Shown here: piece by piece, positions 41,205-51,315 of the stretch
Layout of the letters: the number at the start of each line of letters is the position of its first letter
Position numbering within the stretch: the first letter of the stretch is position 1
Assembly: GCA_964496635.1 (NCBI GenBank)
Contig: CAZCAE010000003.1
Coordinates: 51,658-115,657, forward strand
DNA: 64,000 nt
DNA from: an uncultured Spirochaeta sp.
GTDB taxonomy: Bacteria; Spirochaetota; Spirochaetia; DSM-27196; Alkalispirochaetaceae
Reading direction: 5' to 3'
The notes under the pieces: generated by a model
What the model saw: the letters and a program-made list of their open reading frames with translations, nothing else
What the model was told of the DNA's origin: nothing
Databases searched by the model: none
Made by a program: the position numbers and the translations under genes

Positions 41205-41888
41205 TTACGATGAGGCGACCAGACGGCTTTCAAGCCACTCCCGGAGTTCCGAAAAATGTCGGAAGGAGAAATCAGCGGGAGGACCATGGGGTCTGCGCCG
41301 GGTAATGTGAGCGGTCAGGAGATCGCATGACCGGGCGCCTTCCACGTCGTAATGATAGCTGTTACCAACGTACAGAATTTGTCTTGGCGGCAGCTTCAGT
41401 TCCCGGATAAGCCGTTGAAATGGTTCTTGGTTGGGCTTGAGGTATCCGGTTTCCTCCGACGAAAAGGCAACATCCCACAAACCTTCAAGCTCGAGCAACT
41501 GAAGCTTTTTTCTCACCGGGAAGTCCGATAGCGCGGCAGTACGGATACCTCGCTCCCGAAGGTGTTGTATCAGCTCGCGAACCCCCGGGTAGAGCGTCAC
41601 TTTTTTCAGGATGGATTCCCACTCGCCGTATATATATCGGTTTATACGTGTCACCGCTTCGGTAGTTTCGATTCCCAGTTCGTTCGAAACCATCTCAGCG
41701 GTCCGCCGGTGAAGATCCGTTACGGGGCGTTCTCGCCGTATATCCCTGCGGGCATGTCCAAAGGCCCGGAACAGTCTGAGATGCCGAATCACAACAGGTA
41801 GTGATGCAAGGTACATTTGTCCGTTGGGATAAAGAGTTCCGTCAATGTCAAAGGCAACCGCCCGTATACTGTCGTCTAATCCACGCAT
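41205..41888 (-). CDS. HAD-superfamily hydrolase
   Basis: AVAFDIDGTL, ALSDFP, YLKPNQEPF, LYVGNSYHYDVEGA. ATG at 41888 just after the TonB-like stop. Confidence 0.88.
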   Translation of the reverse strand: MRGLDDSIRAVAFDIDGTLYPNGQMYLASLPVVIRHLRLFRAFGHARRDIRRERPVTDLHRRTAEMVSNELGIETTEAVTRINRYIYGEWESILKKVTLYPGVRELIQHLRERGIRTAALSDFPVRKKLQLLELEGLWDVAFSSEETGYLKPNQEPFQRLIRELKLPPRQILYVGNSYHYDVEGARSCDLLTAHITRRRPHGPPADFSFRHFSELREWLESRLVASS

Positions 41889-41892
41889 TCCA

Positions 41893-43062
41893 TCAATTTC
41901 CGCTTCGGGTATCGACGACGATTGTAACGGAACCCGAGACGGACGACGAGCCCCCTCCGGAAGCAGCCTCGAAGCGCCAGGAACGGACTGTAGACGACAA
42001 TACCGAATCCAGCTGGGGAACCGGCGTCGGCCGACGGGGAGCGGCCCAGGTGACCGTACCATCCCGGGCAACGGTAAAGCGAACTTCTACCAGGTACTCC
42101 GGTGGAAACCCAACCGGAAGCTCAACATAAGAGAGGTCGGGAGCGGAACCTGTGACCAGTTGTCGCTGTCCGGCTCCCTCACCGACGATGACACCGTCGA
42201 TACCGGGCGCACTGGTATTCGGCGACGAGGTCGTCCCCGGTGTCGCCGTTGGCTGGTCCGGAGAGGTCCGCACCACATTATTCGCCGATTCTATGCCTGA
42301 AATCATCCTGCTCAGTTCGTCCTGGAAGTCGGTAAATCGGGGCGTGCGTATCGGAAGCGGCCGGGACGGGTCCGAAGATGTAGATCCGTCGGCGGTACTG
42401 TCGGCCAGGGCCTGCTGCCGGGCCTCATACTCTTCCAGTTCCCGGAGGTAGTCTTCCTGTATGTCGGCGATCTGTTGAAGCTGGGATGCGACCCATTCAG
42501 ATGATTCGGTGGTGGTAGCCGCTGTCCTTGCAGACCTCGGTGGACCTTGACGCACCGGTGGTGGCGGTGGCGTAGGGGTCGGCGCAGGCGCCGGTTCGGG
42601 ATCAACCGCCCGAGACGCAGGTTCGCGCTCCGGCTCAGCAGGCGCTTCCGTTGCACTTGGAGGTTGCATCCTGTCCGCCGACGGAACGGGCGTTCGCGGT
42701 GTGGGTGTCGGTCGTCCGGGTATCGGCGCGGGTACGGTCTGTTCCGGTGTGTCAATTCTTTCGGTCTCACCCGCGGGCGACACGACGATTTCCTCCTGCG
42801 GTGGCGGAGTAACCGGAGCAGGCTCTACCGGCTCGGGTTCCTGAACGGTCGGCGGCTGAGGTTGCGGCAGTACCGCCGGTACCTGCGGCTCTTTTTCGGC
42901 ATCCACCAGCTCCTCAGGAACGGGATCAAAGGAGATGTAAAGAGGCGTCTGGAAGTCCGGAACCTCGGAATCATCCAGACGGGGAAATAAGAGAAACAGC
43001 ATCAGATGTAGCAGTAGCGCTGCCACAGCGGCAACAACAAGTCGCCGCCGGTCCGATACCAC
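41893..43062 (-). CDS. TonB/TolA-like energy transducer
   Basis: N-terminal TM with conserved His (ALLLHL), long Pro/Glu-rich linker, C-terminal VRFTVARDGTV...VRSWRFE (TonB_C-like). Confidence 0.8.
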   Translation of the reverse strand: MVSDRRRLVVAAVAALLLHLMLFLLFPRLDDSEVPDFQTPLYISFDPVPEELVDAEKEPQVPAVLPQPQPPTVQEPEPVEPAPVTPPPQEEIVVSPAGETERIDTPEQTVPAPIPGRPTPTPRTPVPSADRMQPPSATEAPAEPEREPASRAVDPEPAPAPTPTPPPPPVRQGPPRSARTAATTTESSEWVASQLQQIADIQEDYLRELEEYEARQQALADSTADGSTSSDPSRPLPIRTPRFTDFQDELSRMISGIESANNVVRTSPDQPTATPGTTSSPNTSAPGIDGVIVGEGAGQRQLVTGSAPDLSYVELPVGFPPEYLVEVRFTVARDGTVTWAAPRRPTPVPQLDSVLSSTVRSWRFEAASGGGSSSVSGSVTIVVDTRSGN

Positions 43063-43091
43063 AGGTATGGAAAACCGTTCCAGAAGGTGTT

Positions 43092-43508
43092 TCAGCGTGA
43101 TTCCTCCAGAGGAACTTGTTCCGCAACCAGATTTGCTCCTCGAAATCCGTTGCGCCTGAGGATATCAAGTACTCGTACCATCGTTCCATACTGCAGAGTC
43201 GAATCCGCCTCTATTGAGATAGATCGCTCTTCATATTCGCCCTTTCGTTCAGCCAGGAGTTCTGAAAACTCGGTAAACGAGAGAGAAACGTCTCCCAGGA
43301 GTATTTCCTCATCCGATACGACGGTAAGAACGAGACTGCTTGTCACCGTTTCCTGAACCGTCGAAGCATTGGGAAGATCCAGGTTCAGTCCGGTCCGGGT
43401 GATGAGCGTGCTGGACAGCATGAAAAATATAACCAGCTGAAAGACCACATCGATCATTGGAACGAGGTCAACGTTCACCATTGGTTGCAGGCGTCTGCGA
43501 AACTGCAT
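43092..43508 (-). CDS. exbD: ExbD/TolR
   Basis: LVPMIDVVFQLVIFFM, LPNAS, IEADSTLQYGTMVRVLD. Confidence 0.93.
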   Translation of the reverse strand: MQFRRRLQPMVNVDLVPMIDVVFQLVIFFMLSSTLITRTGLNLDLPNASTVQETVTSSLVLTVVSDEEILLGDVSLSFTEFSELLAERKGEYEERSISIEADSTLQYGTMVRVLDILRRNGFRGANLVAEQVPLEESR

Positions 43509-43512
43509 CGAC

Positions 43513-44172
43513 CTACTCCTTTTTCAGATAGAGGACCAGCTCGTTCACCCGGTTTTCCAGACGGATGATGGAATGGTTTACCTTGTTTACGAGATAGTTA
43601 TAAAAGGCGATTGCCGGAATAGAGACAATTATACCTGCAGCCGTTGTCAGAAGTGCCTCGGAAATACCGCGGGCCAGGACCGCCGGATCACCGGTCCCGA
43701 TACCGGTCTCCCCAAGAACACCGAACGCCTGGATATTTCCCGTTACCGTTCCAAGGAGACCCAGAAGAGGGGTCACGTGGGCAATAGTGCCGAGAGAGGA
43801 GAGGAAGCGTTCCATCCTGGGAATCTCCATGTTTGCAGCATCACTGATGGCCATCTTGATTACTTCCCGGGAGTAGGTTCGGTGCTCAATACCGACCCTC
43901 ATGAGGTTTGTAATCGGGCTGGGCATTGCTTCGCACACAGCCAGCGCTTCGTCGAAATTTCCTTTGGTCAGAGTCGTTTCAAGCCGGCGCATGATTGTGT
44001 CTTCATCGCCCCGGTTTTTTCGGAAAAAGAGCAGTCGCTCAATGACAATCGCCACGGCAATGACCGAAAGGATGAGAATGATCACAAATATCACCCCACC
44101 CCGCTGAATCAAATCCAACATCTTTGCATCTCCTCGAAGAAAAGTTTCAGAAACTGACCCGCACGGCAGCAC
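43513..44172 (-). CDS. exbB: ExbB/TolQ (MotA/TolQ/ExbB proton channel)
   Basis: LGTIAHVTPLLGLLGTVTG, GISEALLTTAAGIIVSIPA. Likely start at MLDLIQRGG. Confidence 0.93.
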   Translation of the reverse strand: MLPCGSVSETFLRGDAKMLDLIQRGGVIFVIILILSVIAVAIVIERLLFFRKNRGDEDTIMRRLETTLTKGNFDEALAVCEAMPSPITNLMRVGIEHRTYSREVIKMAISDAANMEIPRMERFLSSLGTIAHVTPLLGLLGTVTGNIQAFGVLGETGIGTGDPAVLARGISEALLTTAAGIIVSIPAIAFYNYLVNKVNHSIIRLENRVNELVLYLKKE

Positions 44173-45829
44173 CTAGCTGAAGTCCGGCGGATATAAAGGG
44201 ATCATCATCGTCCGGTTGGACACCACGCAGAGAACGTCCGTCATCAAGACCGGGCGCAAGAATATCCAGGGCATACAGTCGGAACTCCACATCCCGGAAC
44301 ATCTCGTAACGCATTTCCAGGTCTACCTGCGGAAGAATACCAGGGCCTCCATCCAGCGGAACGAGAACCCGGGCGGTTCCCAGCAACTCAGAAACTTCTC
44401 CTGTCAGAGATGCCTCAACCCGATGCGCCGGCATACCGAAAAGTCGGTCTTCCCACGATGCAAGCCAGCCCGCCGCCAGACGCAATCCGTCGTTGACGGT
44501 CATTTCCGCCTGTAATTCACTGTCTATGGCCGTAAAAGTCGTCAGCCGATACGGGTAAGTGGCGAGTACGCTATTAAAGGTATCGACAACGAGTCGGTTT
44601 CGATGCCACGTCCGGCCCACTCCCCCTCTAAGGTCAAGAACACCGGGTATTGCCGTCACACCCAGAGCCGCATCCGCGAAAAACAACTCGTCGGCAGGAA
44701 GTCGCTTTTCCGTAACCGTCGTTCCCGGTTCCCAGTCCAAAGCGGGATAGTCGACCCAGTATAATGTTGGGTCATTTTCTCGAAGACGGTAGCCGCCAGA
44801 AAGGTCAAGAGTCCACCGTTCATTGCCGCGATACGCGAGATACCCGTCCACGGGGAAAAAGATACCGTTATTCATTCGGTAAATCACCGAACCTCGCGCA
44901 CCGAGGGTAAGACCATCCAGAGGAACGGTCTCAACGTTCAACTCTCCCGAAAATACGGAAACGCCGTCCAGTTCCATTCCTGTCGAAAAAGCTCCGTCAT
45001 ACCGACCAGTCAGTCCAATCAGAAAACGGGGCCATTCCAGAGTTCCCTTTACTTCCGGACTCACCCGGCGATATCCATTTCGCGCCGACTCAAGGCCGGA
45101 CTCGCCGGTCGACAATACCCGCTGTTGATCCCTAAAAGAAACGATTCCCTCCAGTGTGAACCTGGTTTCGGGGCTGTAGACACTTCGCAGTTGCCCCGAA
45201 AAAGCACGGGTATCCTGGGAGTAATAGGGCGATAGCTGCTGAAGCCCGAACCTTCGGTCCGCGTACCCTCCCTCGATTTCCAGGGTCAGAGGTCCGTCAT
45301 CACCAAGACGAACCCAGGTGTCCAACTCGTTCTCCTGAACAAAAAATCCCGTTCCTGGTTGCTTCAAACCAAAACCGTCGGAACCTTCGTGGTCGTAGCC
45401 GACCTGGAACTGGGGTCCTTCCCCAAGTCGATAGACGTTAATGCTGCCCAGAATACTGTTGACACTGCCTCCTCCAAGGGCAGCGTTGAAAAAGACCTGG
45501 TCCTGTTCGGCGATCATTCCCGCCGGCGTCACCGCATCTCGAGGAATATCCGGAACGGGAACGTCCGACACCGGTAGCTCCGCCGTCCGGGCGTCCGCCC
45601 TGAACACTTCATCTTCAACGGGTATTTCTTCCAGTTCCGGGAGATGTCGAACTGCAGCGGCCACGGGCGTTACCGTTGCCTGGGCCCGTTCGAGGATGAT
45701 TTCGGCAAGACCTTCCGATTCCTGGGATTCCAGTATTTCTGGAAAACCAACCAGTAGCGCTGCGATAGTCATAACAAGAATAAGCGTGCTGCCCAACGGA
45801 GTGACCGGTTTCATTTCAAGGCGTTTCAT
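44147..45829 (-). CDS. Predicted outer-membrane beta-barrel protein
   Basis: Signal peptide, alternating amphipathic strands throughout, C-terminal AAVRVSF (BAM-type terminal Phe); located between a TPR gene and exbB. Confidence 0.65.
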   Translation of the reverse strand: MKRLEMKPVTPLGSTLILVMTIAALLVGFPEILESQESEGLAEIILERAQATVTPVAAAVRHLPELEEIPVEDEVFRADARTAELPVSDVPVPDIPRDAVTPAGMIAEQDQVFFNAALGGGSVNSILGSINVYRLGEGPQFQVGYDHEGSDGFGLKQPGTGFFVQENELDTWVRLGDDGPLTLEIEGGYADRRFGLQQLSPYYSQDTRAFSGQLRSVYSPETRFTLEGIVSFRDQQRVLSTGESGLESARNGYRRVSPEVKGTLEWPRFLIGLTGRYDGAFSTGMELDGVSVFSGELNVETVPLDGLTLGARGSVIYRMNNGIFFPVDGYLAYRGNERWTLDLSGGYRLRENDPTLYWVDYPALDWEPGTTVTEKRLPADELFFADAALGVTAIPGVLDLRGGVGRTWHRNRLVVDTFNSVLATYPYRLTTFTAIDSELQAEMTVNDGLRLAAGWLASWEDRLFGMPAHRVEASLTGEVSELLGTARVLVPLDGGPGILPQVDLEMRYEMFRDVEFRLYALDILAPGLDDGRSLRGVQPDDDDPFISAGLQLGAAVRVSF

Positions 45830-48684
45830 TGGGCACCTCCCAGAAATCTTTCAACCTGGTCCGCCCAGATCGTATCGGGAAACTGCTCCCGTAGCTGTCG
45901 AGTCGCTTCCTCCACAGTCCTTCGATCCCCTTCCTCATGTGCCACTTCGGCAAGACGAAAGAGACTTTGCCCGCGCAATTCATCGGTAGCGCCGTCCGTT
46001 GATGCTGCAGCGATATAACTTTCGATAGCGCGACGTATTTCTCCGCGACGCTGGTAGTACTCTGCCAGTAGAATATTGGCCCGGGCAGCGGATTCCCCCG
46101 ATAACTCTCCGGCCCTTTGAAGTTCCGGAACGATCCGAGTTCGCTGAAAACTGAGGGCTATCTGTTCACGAATTGCAACCTGCCCCAGTTCCAAAACGAT
46201 TTCAAACCAGCGATCGCTGCCTGGAGGTGGCCCCTCGCCCACATCGGGATCGAGTTCCGTCCACAACGCAGCTTCCCGTTCGGTCAGACCCGCCTGGGAA
46301 AGACGCAGGGATTGTCTGCGACGCTCCGCAGCTTCCACGTCCGGTCCGGCGGGATACGCCGCTACATACCGATCGTAGAGCTCCAAAGCCTCCCGGTTTC
46401 GATTGCGTTCAGCGTGGATTTCTGCGCTCTGAAAAAGTGCTCTGGGGGTAAAGGAGCTGCGAGGATACTCGAGAATAAGGGGCTCCCACCACAGGAGAGC
46501 CCGTTCCCCTTCGTCGAGTTCAAGAGAACTCTGGCCACCCCAGTAAAGTGCCCGGTCGTAGGATGGACCGTCGGGATAACGGTTTCGATAATCCCGGAAA
46601 CGGTCTCGTCCCTGGGGAAATTTGCTCATAGTAAAAAGAATCTGGCCCGCCTCCAGTAATGCTTCTCCACCGTGGACAGTTTCAGGAAACCTGAGGGCGA
46701 TCTCTTCATATTCGTTTACCGCTTCGTCGTCCCGGCCGAGTGAGGCAAGCACCGATGCGTATCGGCTCCAGTATACCGGTCGGTCGTCACTGTCAGCTTC
46801 TTCAACTATCTTGCGATATTCCCGAAGAGCTTCCTGGTCGTTACCGGCAGCAAGGTACGATGCCGCCAGAAGCTCCCGAATTGCAGACCGCCGCTCCTGG
46901 TCGGATCCACTTCCCAGAAGTGGCAGCAGAACCTCCACCGCCTGCGCAGGTCGTTGCTGCTGATACAGCGTCCATGCGTAAAGGTAAGAACCGTCGCTGT
47001 AGACATCATCGGGTAGAGCCGAGCGGGTTGCGGCAATTCGTCGGCCCGCTTCAGCTATCTCGCCGGTACGGTACAGGCTCCACGCTATGTGGTAGGATAA
47101 CATCGGCTCGTAGGCGTTGTCGGAAACCGCGTCAAAAGATGTCAGGGCTTCACTGTACCGACGTCCCTGGAATTGACTGAGCCCTTCCAGATAGGCCACT
47201 TCGTTCATCTGCCGTCTGTTCAGGGCATCTCGATCCAGGCGTCGAATTTCCTGACGAGCCGCGTCGAACTGTTCTGCCGAAACGAGTCCCCGGATCAACT
47301 CGATCCTGGCAGGCAGATCGTTCGGTCGCGCCGCAAGAAACGTACGATAGGCCCGGACGGCCTCCCGGGGATTGTCCACTTCCAGGAGAACACGACCAAG
47401 AAGACGGGTCAAACCGGGTATTTCTCGAGCAAAAGCCTGAGTCTCCGGACGCTGCAGTACTTGAAGGACACCCTCATAGTTACCGCTTCGAAAAGAAGCG
47501 TGGCTCCACGCGTACAAAGTCGCCCCGTTTTCCAGGTACCCCGGATAGGATGATATCAAGGTCGCCGCCTCTTCGGGACGGTCAAGTCGGAGGAGGAGAC
47601 GGGTTGCCTCCAGATACCGGGCGCTGCCATCATCGTCCGACACGTTCGCGTCTGTAAATGATATTGTGAGAATCTCCAGCGCCTCTTCAGGCCGGCCCTG
47701 CGCTTCCAGAGCACGGGCGAGAAGACGAGCTACCGTTCCCGATACGACCTGCTGCCCCCGAATACTCCATAAACGCGAAAGGTAGAACTCGGCAAGCTCG
47801 TATCGCTCGGACTCAACTGCGTCGGATCCAAGAGCCAGCCAGAATGAACCAAGTCGTTCAGGTTCCGCCGAAAGCCTTCGTTCAGCCGCTCGAAAAACGG
47901 CATCCATTTCGGACCGGTCGTCCCGGAGGAGCGCCATACGGTAGAGCTGTTGATACGCCCACTGGGCACTCCCAGGTGAGAAATCTGTTATTTCCCGGTA
48001 CAATTCTTCCGCCGTTTCCAGTTCTCCTTCCTCAAAAGCGGCGTCCGCCGCCAGGCGTAGCACCTGCTCCCGATACACGGGATCGATAGTCGACGCAGAT
48101 TCCCGTTGGTACAATTCGACTACCCGGTCGTGGAGATCCGCACGATTCAGAAGGCTGAAGAGCGTCGCCAGAGCGTATCCGCGCTCGGCTCCTTCCAGAT
48201 CGTTCAGAGCACTCTCAAGGTCCGACCCGGCACCGGAAGTATCGCCTGTTTCCAGACGGCTCATACCGCGGTAGAGAAAGGCACGAGCCGTCTGGTTTGC
48301 CCCGGAATCGATATACCGGGAGAAGTCCGTTACCGCTTCGTCATATCGTCCCATCTGAAATCGGGAGAGACCGAGCCACAGACGGATTTCCTGTCCCAAT
48401 GCGCCGCTACCACGGGCGCGAACGGACGCACGCAAGAGGACCTCCAATGCCCGGGAGTGATCCCCCAGATAGAAATAGCTCTGGGCTATTCTGAGCTGGG
48501 ATCGCGTTGCGAATGCCGAACCCGGATACTGATCCAGGAGAGACTGGAACTGTTCCAACGCAAGCGTATAGGCGCCGGTGTCAAACCGTCGTTGAGCTTC
48601 GTCAAAGAGTTCCCGATCACCGGCCGCAACGATCTGGGCCGCGAGAAGAAGCACAAGAAGTGCTGAAAAGATCTTGCGATACAT
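45826..48684 (-). CDS. Large periplasmic TPR protein with CpoB/BamD-like repeats
   Basis: Signal peptide; repeats such as ALEQFQSLLDQYPGS and YDRYVAAYPAGP. Confidence 0.85.
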   Translation of the reverse strand: MYRKIFSALLVLLLAAQIVAAGDRELFDEAQRRFDTGAYTLALEQFQSLLDQYPGSAFATRSQLRIAQSYFYLGDHSRALEVLLRASVRARGSGALGQEIRLWLGLSRFQMGRYDEAVTDFSRYIDSGANQTARAFLYRGMSRLETGDTSGAGSDLESALNDLEGAERGYALATLFSLLNRADLHDRVVELYQRESASTIDPVYREQVLRLAADAAFEEGELETAEELYREITDFSPGSAQWAYQQLYRMALLRDDRSEMDAVFRAAERRLSAEPERLGSFWLALGSDAVESERYELAEFYLSRLWSIRGQQVVSGTVARLLARALEAQGRPEEALEILTISFTDANVSDDDGSARYLEATRLLLRLDRPEEAATLISSYPGYLENGATLYAWSHASFRSGNYEGVLQVLQRPETQAFAREIPGLTRLLGRVLLEVDNPREAVRAYRTFLAARPNDLPARIELIRGLVSAEQFDAARQEIRRLDRDALNRRQMNEVAYLEGLSQFQGRRYSEALTSFDAVSDNAYEPMLSYHIAWSLYRTGEIAEAGRRIAATRSALPDDVYSDGSYLYAWTLYQQQRPAQAVEVLLPLLGSGSDQERRSAIRELLAASYLAAGNDQEALREYRKIVEEADSDDRPVYWSRYASVLASLGRDDEAVNEYEEIALRFPETVHGGEALLEAGQILFTMSKFPQGRDRFRDYRNRYPDGPSYDRALYWGGQSSLELDEGERALLWWEPLILEYPRSSFTPRALFQSAEIHAERNRNREALELYDRYVAAYPAGPDVEAAERRRQSLRLSQAGLTEREAALWTELDPDVGEGPPPGSDRWFEIVLELGQVAIREQIALSFQRTRIVPELQRAGELSGESAARANILLAEYYQRRGEIRRAIESYIAAASTDGATDELRGQSLFRLAEVAHEEGDRRTVEEATRQLREQFPDTIWADQVERFLGGAQ

Positions 48685-48691
48685 AGGGCGG

Positions 48692-48720
48692 AGTCTATCT
48701 CACGGAGTATACAGATTCAA
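48692..48720 (-). promoter_or_regulatory. sigma70 promoter for the TPR-barrel-exbBD-tonB operon, probably leaderless
   Basis: TTGAAT-N17-TAGACT, ATG 7 nt downstream, no SD. Confidence 0.6.
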
Positions 48721-50084
48721 TCGCCGACTTTGACGGTATTGGCGGAAAGATTTGAAAAGAGAGGCGCCCGGAAATCCGCCCCGCCACGGACACGGACAAG
48801 ATGAACGTGGTCGTTTCCGTACCGTCGCTGCAGAGAGGCGATGCTGGTTTCAACATTTCGCTCCATGACGGCGACGCGGAAACGTCCCGTCTCATCAAAA
48901 TAGGGTAAAAAGACGACCACATGGGTGTGCTGTCGCAGCACCGGATCGGACCCGAAAAGTCGGTTGATGCTTCCCAGGTAAAACGTTCCCGGTTCGTTTC
49001 GGGCCAGCCAGTACAGAACCTGTGTCAGAGAATCCACCCGATATCCAACATCCTCGCTATAACGGGCGAAGGGAACGTTCCTCACATCCATAGACTCCGG
49101 GTCTTTACTCTCCGATGCAACGTCACGATTCAAAACTTCCATCTGCACCGCCAGATTCCTCGTCCAGTCAAGACCAAAATATGGATCCCGGGCGTCTTCA
49201 AGGGGTTGACTCCAGCTGGTACCACGGTAGTCCAGGTGCTTTTCCTTCAGTACGTCCAGAGAAAGAAAGGTTCCAGTCCGGGAGCCGTAGAGGCCGTCAA
49301 CCACCCATTTTGCAAATCCGGAACAGTTGAAACCGGGTAGTCTCTCCTGGGAAACAAGGGTCTCAATCAAGACAAGGTTACCGTCGGAATCCATTGCCCC
49401 GTCTTCGGCGTCGGGAAGATGCGGCAGGGCGGCGCGTATACGGTCCGCCATCGTACGAATTGTCCGATACCCCTCATCCTGAGGGTTGACTTCCAGAACA
49501 GACCAGTCCACGACTCCTGCGGTCGTGCGAATAATGGTATCAATCGGTGCAGAGAGAGCCCGCTCCATACTCATCGCAACCGGAACGTCCCGATAGAGTC
49601 TTTCTGCGGCAATGTAAACGTCCATCCGGAGGGTCCGGTCTTTTGGAAAAAGCCGGATAAAGGAACCCTCATCACGCTGAAGAAATACCTTTATCTGGTC
49701 AAAAGCGCCGTCGGACTCTCTCCTCCGGATGATGTACGTTCCAGGTGAAGCCGTTTCCAGGGTATCATCCGCCGCCGGAATAAAGAGATGGTAGATATTT
49801 CCGTTCTGTTCGTCCGTGCGATGCAGTACCGGATCACCTCCGGGAACTCGGATGATTTCACGGATTGCCGGATGTCCCCTATCCGTGGGAGCGGTAAGAA
49901 TATCCAGGACGGCCCTGCGTGCAAAGGAAGTATCGGGAATTTTTACCCCTTCCACGGCCAGGAGTCCGTCCCGACCCGGCAGTAATAATCCTAGGAGTAA
50001 AAAAAAGAGCACCGAAGGACTATACCTTACTTGTTTGCTATGTAATTTCCGGCCAGACCACCGGTATCTGAATTCTCCAGTCAT
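48717..50084 (-). CDS. Exported hypothetical protein with NlpC/P60-like GFNCSG motif
   Basis: Probable ATG at 50084 (AGAGGA RBS), hydrophobic signal segment, GFNCSGFAKW and a downstream HVVVFLPY. Confidence 0.65.
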   Translation of the reverse strand: MTGEFRYRWSGRKLHSKQVRYSPSVLFFLLLGLLLPGRDGLLAVEGVKIPDTSFARRAVLDILTAPTDRGHPAIREIIRVPGGDPVLHRTDEQNGNIYHLFIPAADDTLETASPGTYIIRRRESDGAFDQIKVFLQRDEGSFIRLFPKDRTLRMDVYIAAERLYRDVPVAMSMERALSAPIDTIIRTTAGVVDWSVLEVNPQDEGYRTIRTMADRIRAALPHLPDAEDGAMDSDGNLVLIETLVSQERLPGFNCSGFAKWVVDGLYGSRTGTFLSLDVLKEKHLDYRGTSWSQPLEDARDPYFGLDWTRNLAVQMEVLNRDVASESKDPESMDVRNVPFARYSEDVGYRVDSLTQVLYWLARNEPGTFYLGSINRLFGSDPVLRQHTHVVVFLPYFDETGRFRVAVMERNVETSIASLQRRYGNDHVHLVRVRGGADFRAPLFSNLSANTVKVGD

Positions 50085-51315
50085 ATCCTCTCCAGAGGGT
50101 TGGACGGGAACTCCGGGGTATTGAAACCCACGGAGAAGCCGGACTTGCCATGTCTCTGACCCAGAGATCATACCTCCATCCCTCTTGTGTAATATCGGCA
50201 TTGGAGGCGTTGCGATCAAACCTTTCCGGTATTACCCCGCCGATGGACCACCGGCCCCGCAAGACGAAGGGCGAAATTTTCCGCGGCGTGACATGTGCAT
50301 ATCCATCGGGGATATCCAGGACAAAGCTCTCGCCGATAATGGAAGCGTCGTCACTCTCGTGCAGCATCAATGTGACAACGGATTCTTCCATCCCGGACCG
50401 GGCGATATTCAGACCGGCGACCTCCTGGGGAGGCGGTGAATCCGGACTGTCGGCGGCCCAGAAGTAGAATCGACACGATGAATGCAGAGACGGCAACGTT
50501 TGAACCGTTGCCGGAGAAACAAGGGTGTAGATTGCTCCCAGAGTCGGTGAGAACCAGCGTTTGCCGCGATATTCAAATCGTGGAATTTCAAGGAAGAGAA
50601 CCCTACGGAAAAGATCGGGACATTTCTGAAAGGCGTTGCGATAGGCCTGGAGGGCATCGGGCGGAACACACACCACTACCGGATTTGCGCTATCCGGGAG
50701 CCGGTGGGCCAAAATGCGGCAAAGCAGTGGCGGAACGGGGTCTGGGACGACCGAGGTCCCACCACCGGAAGCTGCGTATGCGAACAGGTGGCGGTAGACA
50801 ACGGGAACGATCGGCCTGTCCGACGGTTTCGGTAATTCTGTGCGATTCCGACGGTACAACAACGCCCGAGGACTCAGGGATCGCGAGGTATCGGGACTTA
50901 GCGGTGAAATCATGGAAACCGGTAATTCCTGCGTTTCGCTCAGAGGCTCTTCAAAACACGATTCTTTGGCAGTGGCGGCGACATTCGTTCTGTTGCCGAC
51001 CACATCCCTGTTGCGGATACCGTGCAACGTCGCCAAAAGCTCTTCCCGGACCGCTTCCAGTCCCGCTTTCACATTTGCGGGAGTGGTCTCACCCTCCCGG
51101 AGTAGCGTTTCCCCCGCGGCCTGGACGGACATACCCCGGCCAACAATCAGGTGGTGCAGCCTCCGAAGAAGCCGAACGTGCGCGGACGTCCAGACCCGGT
51201 GACCCGTCTCATCCCGGTCGGAACGGATCAACGGCAGCTGCTGTTCCCAGTATCTCAGGACGTGGGGTTTAATATCGAGCAGTTCCACCAGTTCACGACT
51301 ACCGTACCGTGGCAT
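50038..51315 (-). CDS. MerR-type HTH fused to a divergent C-terminal domain
   Basis: LLDIKPHVLRYWEQQLPLI..RDETGHRVW (MerR HTH); TGATG-coupled to der. Confidence 0.75.
   Translation of the reverse strand: MPRYGSRELVELLDIKPHVLRYWEQQLPLIRSDRDETGHRVWTSAHVRLLRRLHHLIVGRGMSVQAAGETLLREGETTPANVKAGLEAVREELLATLHGIRNRDVVGNRTNVAATAKESCFEEPLSETQELPVSMISPLSPDTSRSLSPRALLYRRNRTELPKPSDRPIVPVVYRHLFAYAASGGGTSVVPDPVPPLLCRILAHRLPDSANPVVVCVPPDALQAYRNAFQKCPDLFRRVLFLEIPRFEYRGKRWFSPTLGAIYTLVSPATVQTLPSLHSSCRFYFWAADSPDSPPPQEVAGLNIARSGMEESVVTLMLHESDDASIIGESFVLDIPDGYAHVTPRKISPFVLRGRWSIGGVIPERFDRNASNADITQEGWRYDLWVRDMASPASPWVSIPRSSRPTLWRGYDWRIQIPVVWPEIT

Noticed and set aside
42500-42900. Pro/Glu-rich low-complexity sequence as a tandem repeat or mobile relic
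   Set aside because: Explained by the periplasm-spanning linker of the TonB-like protein.
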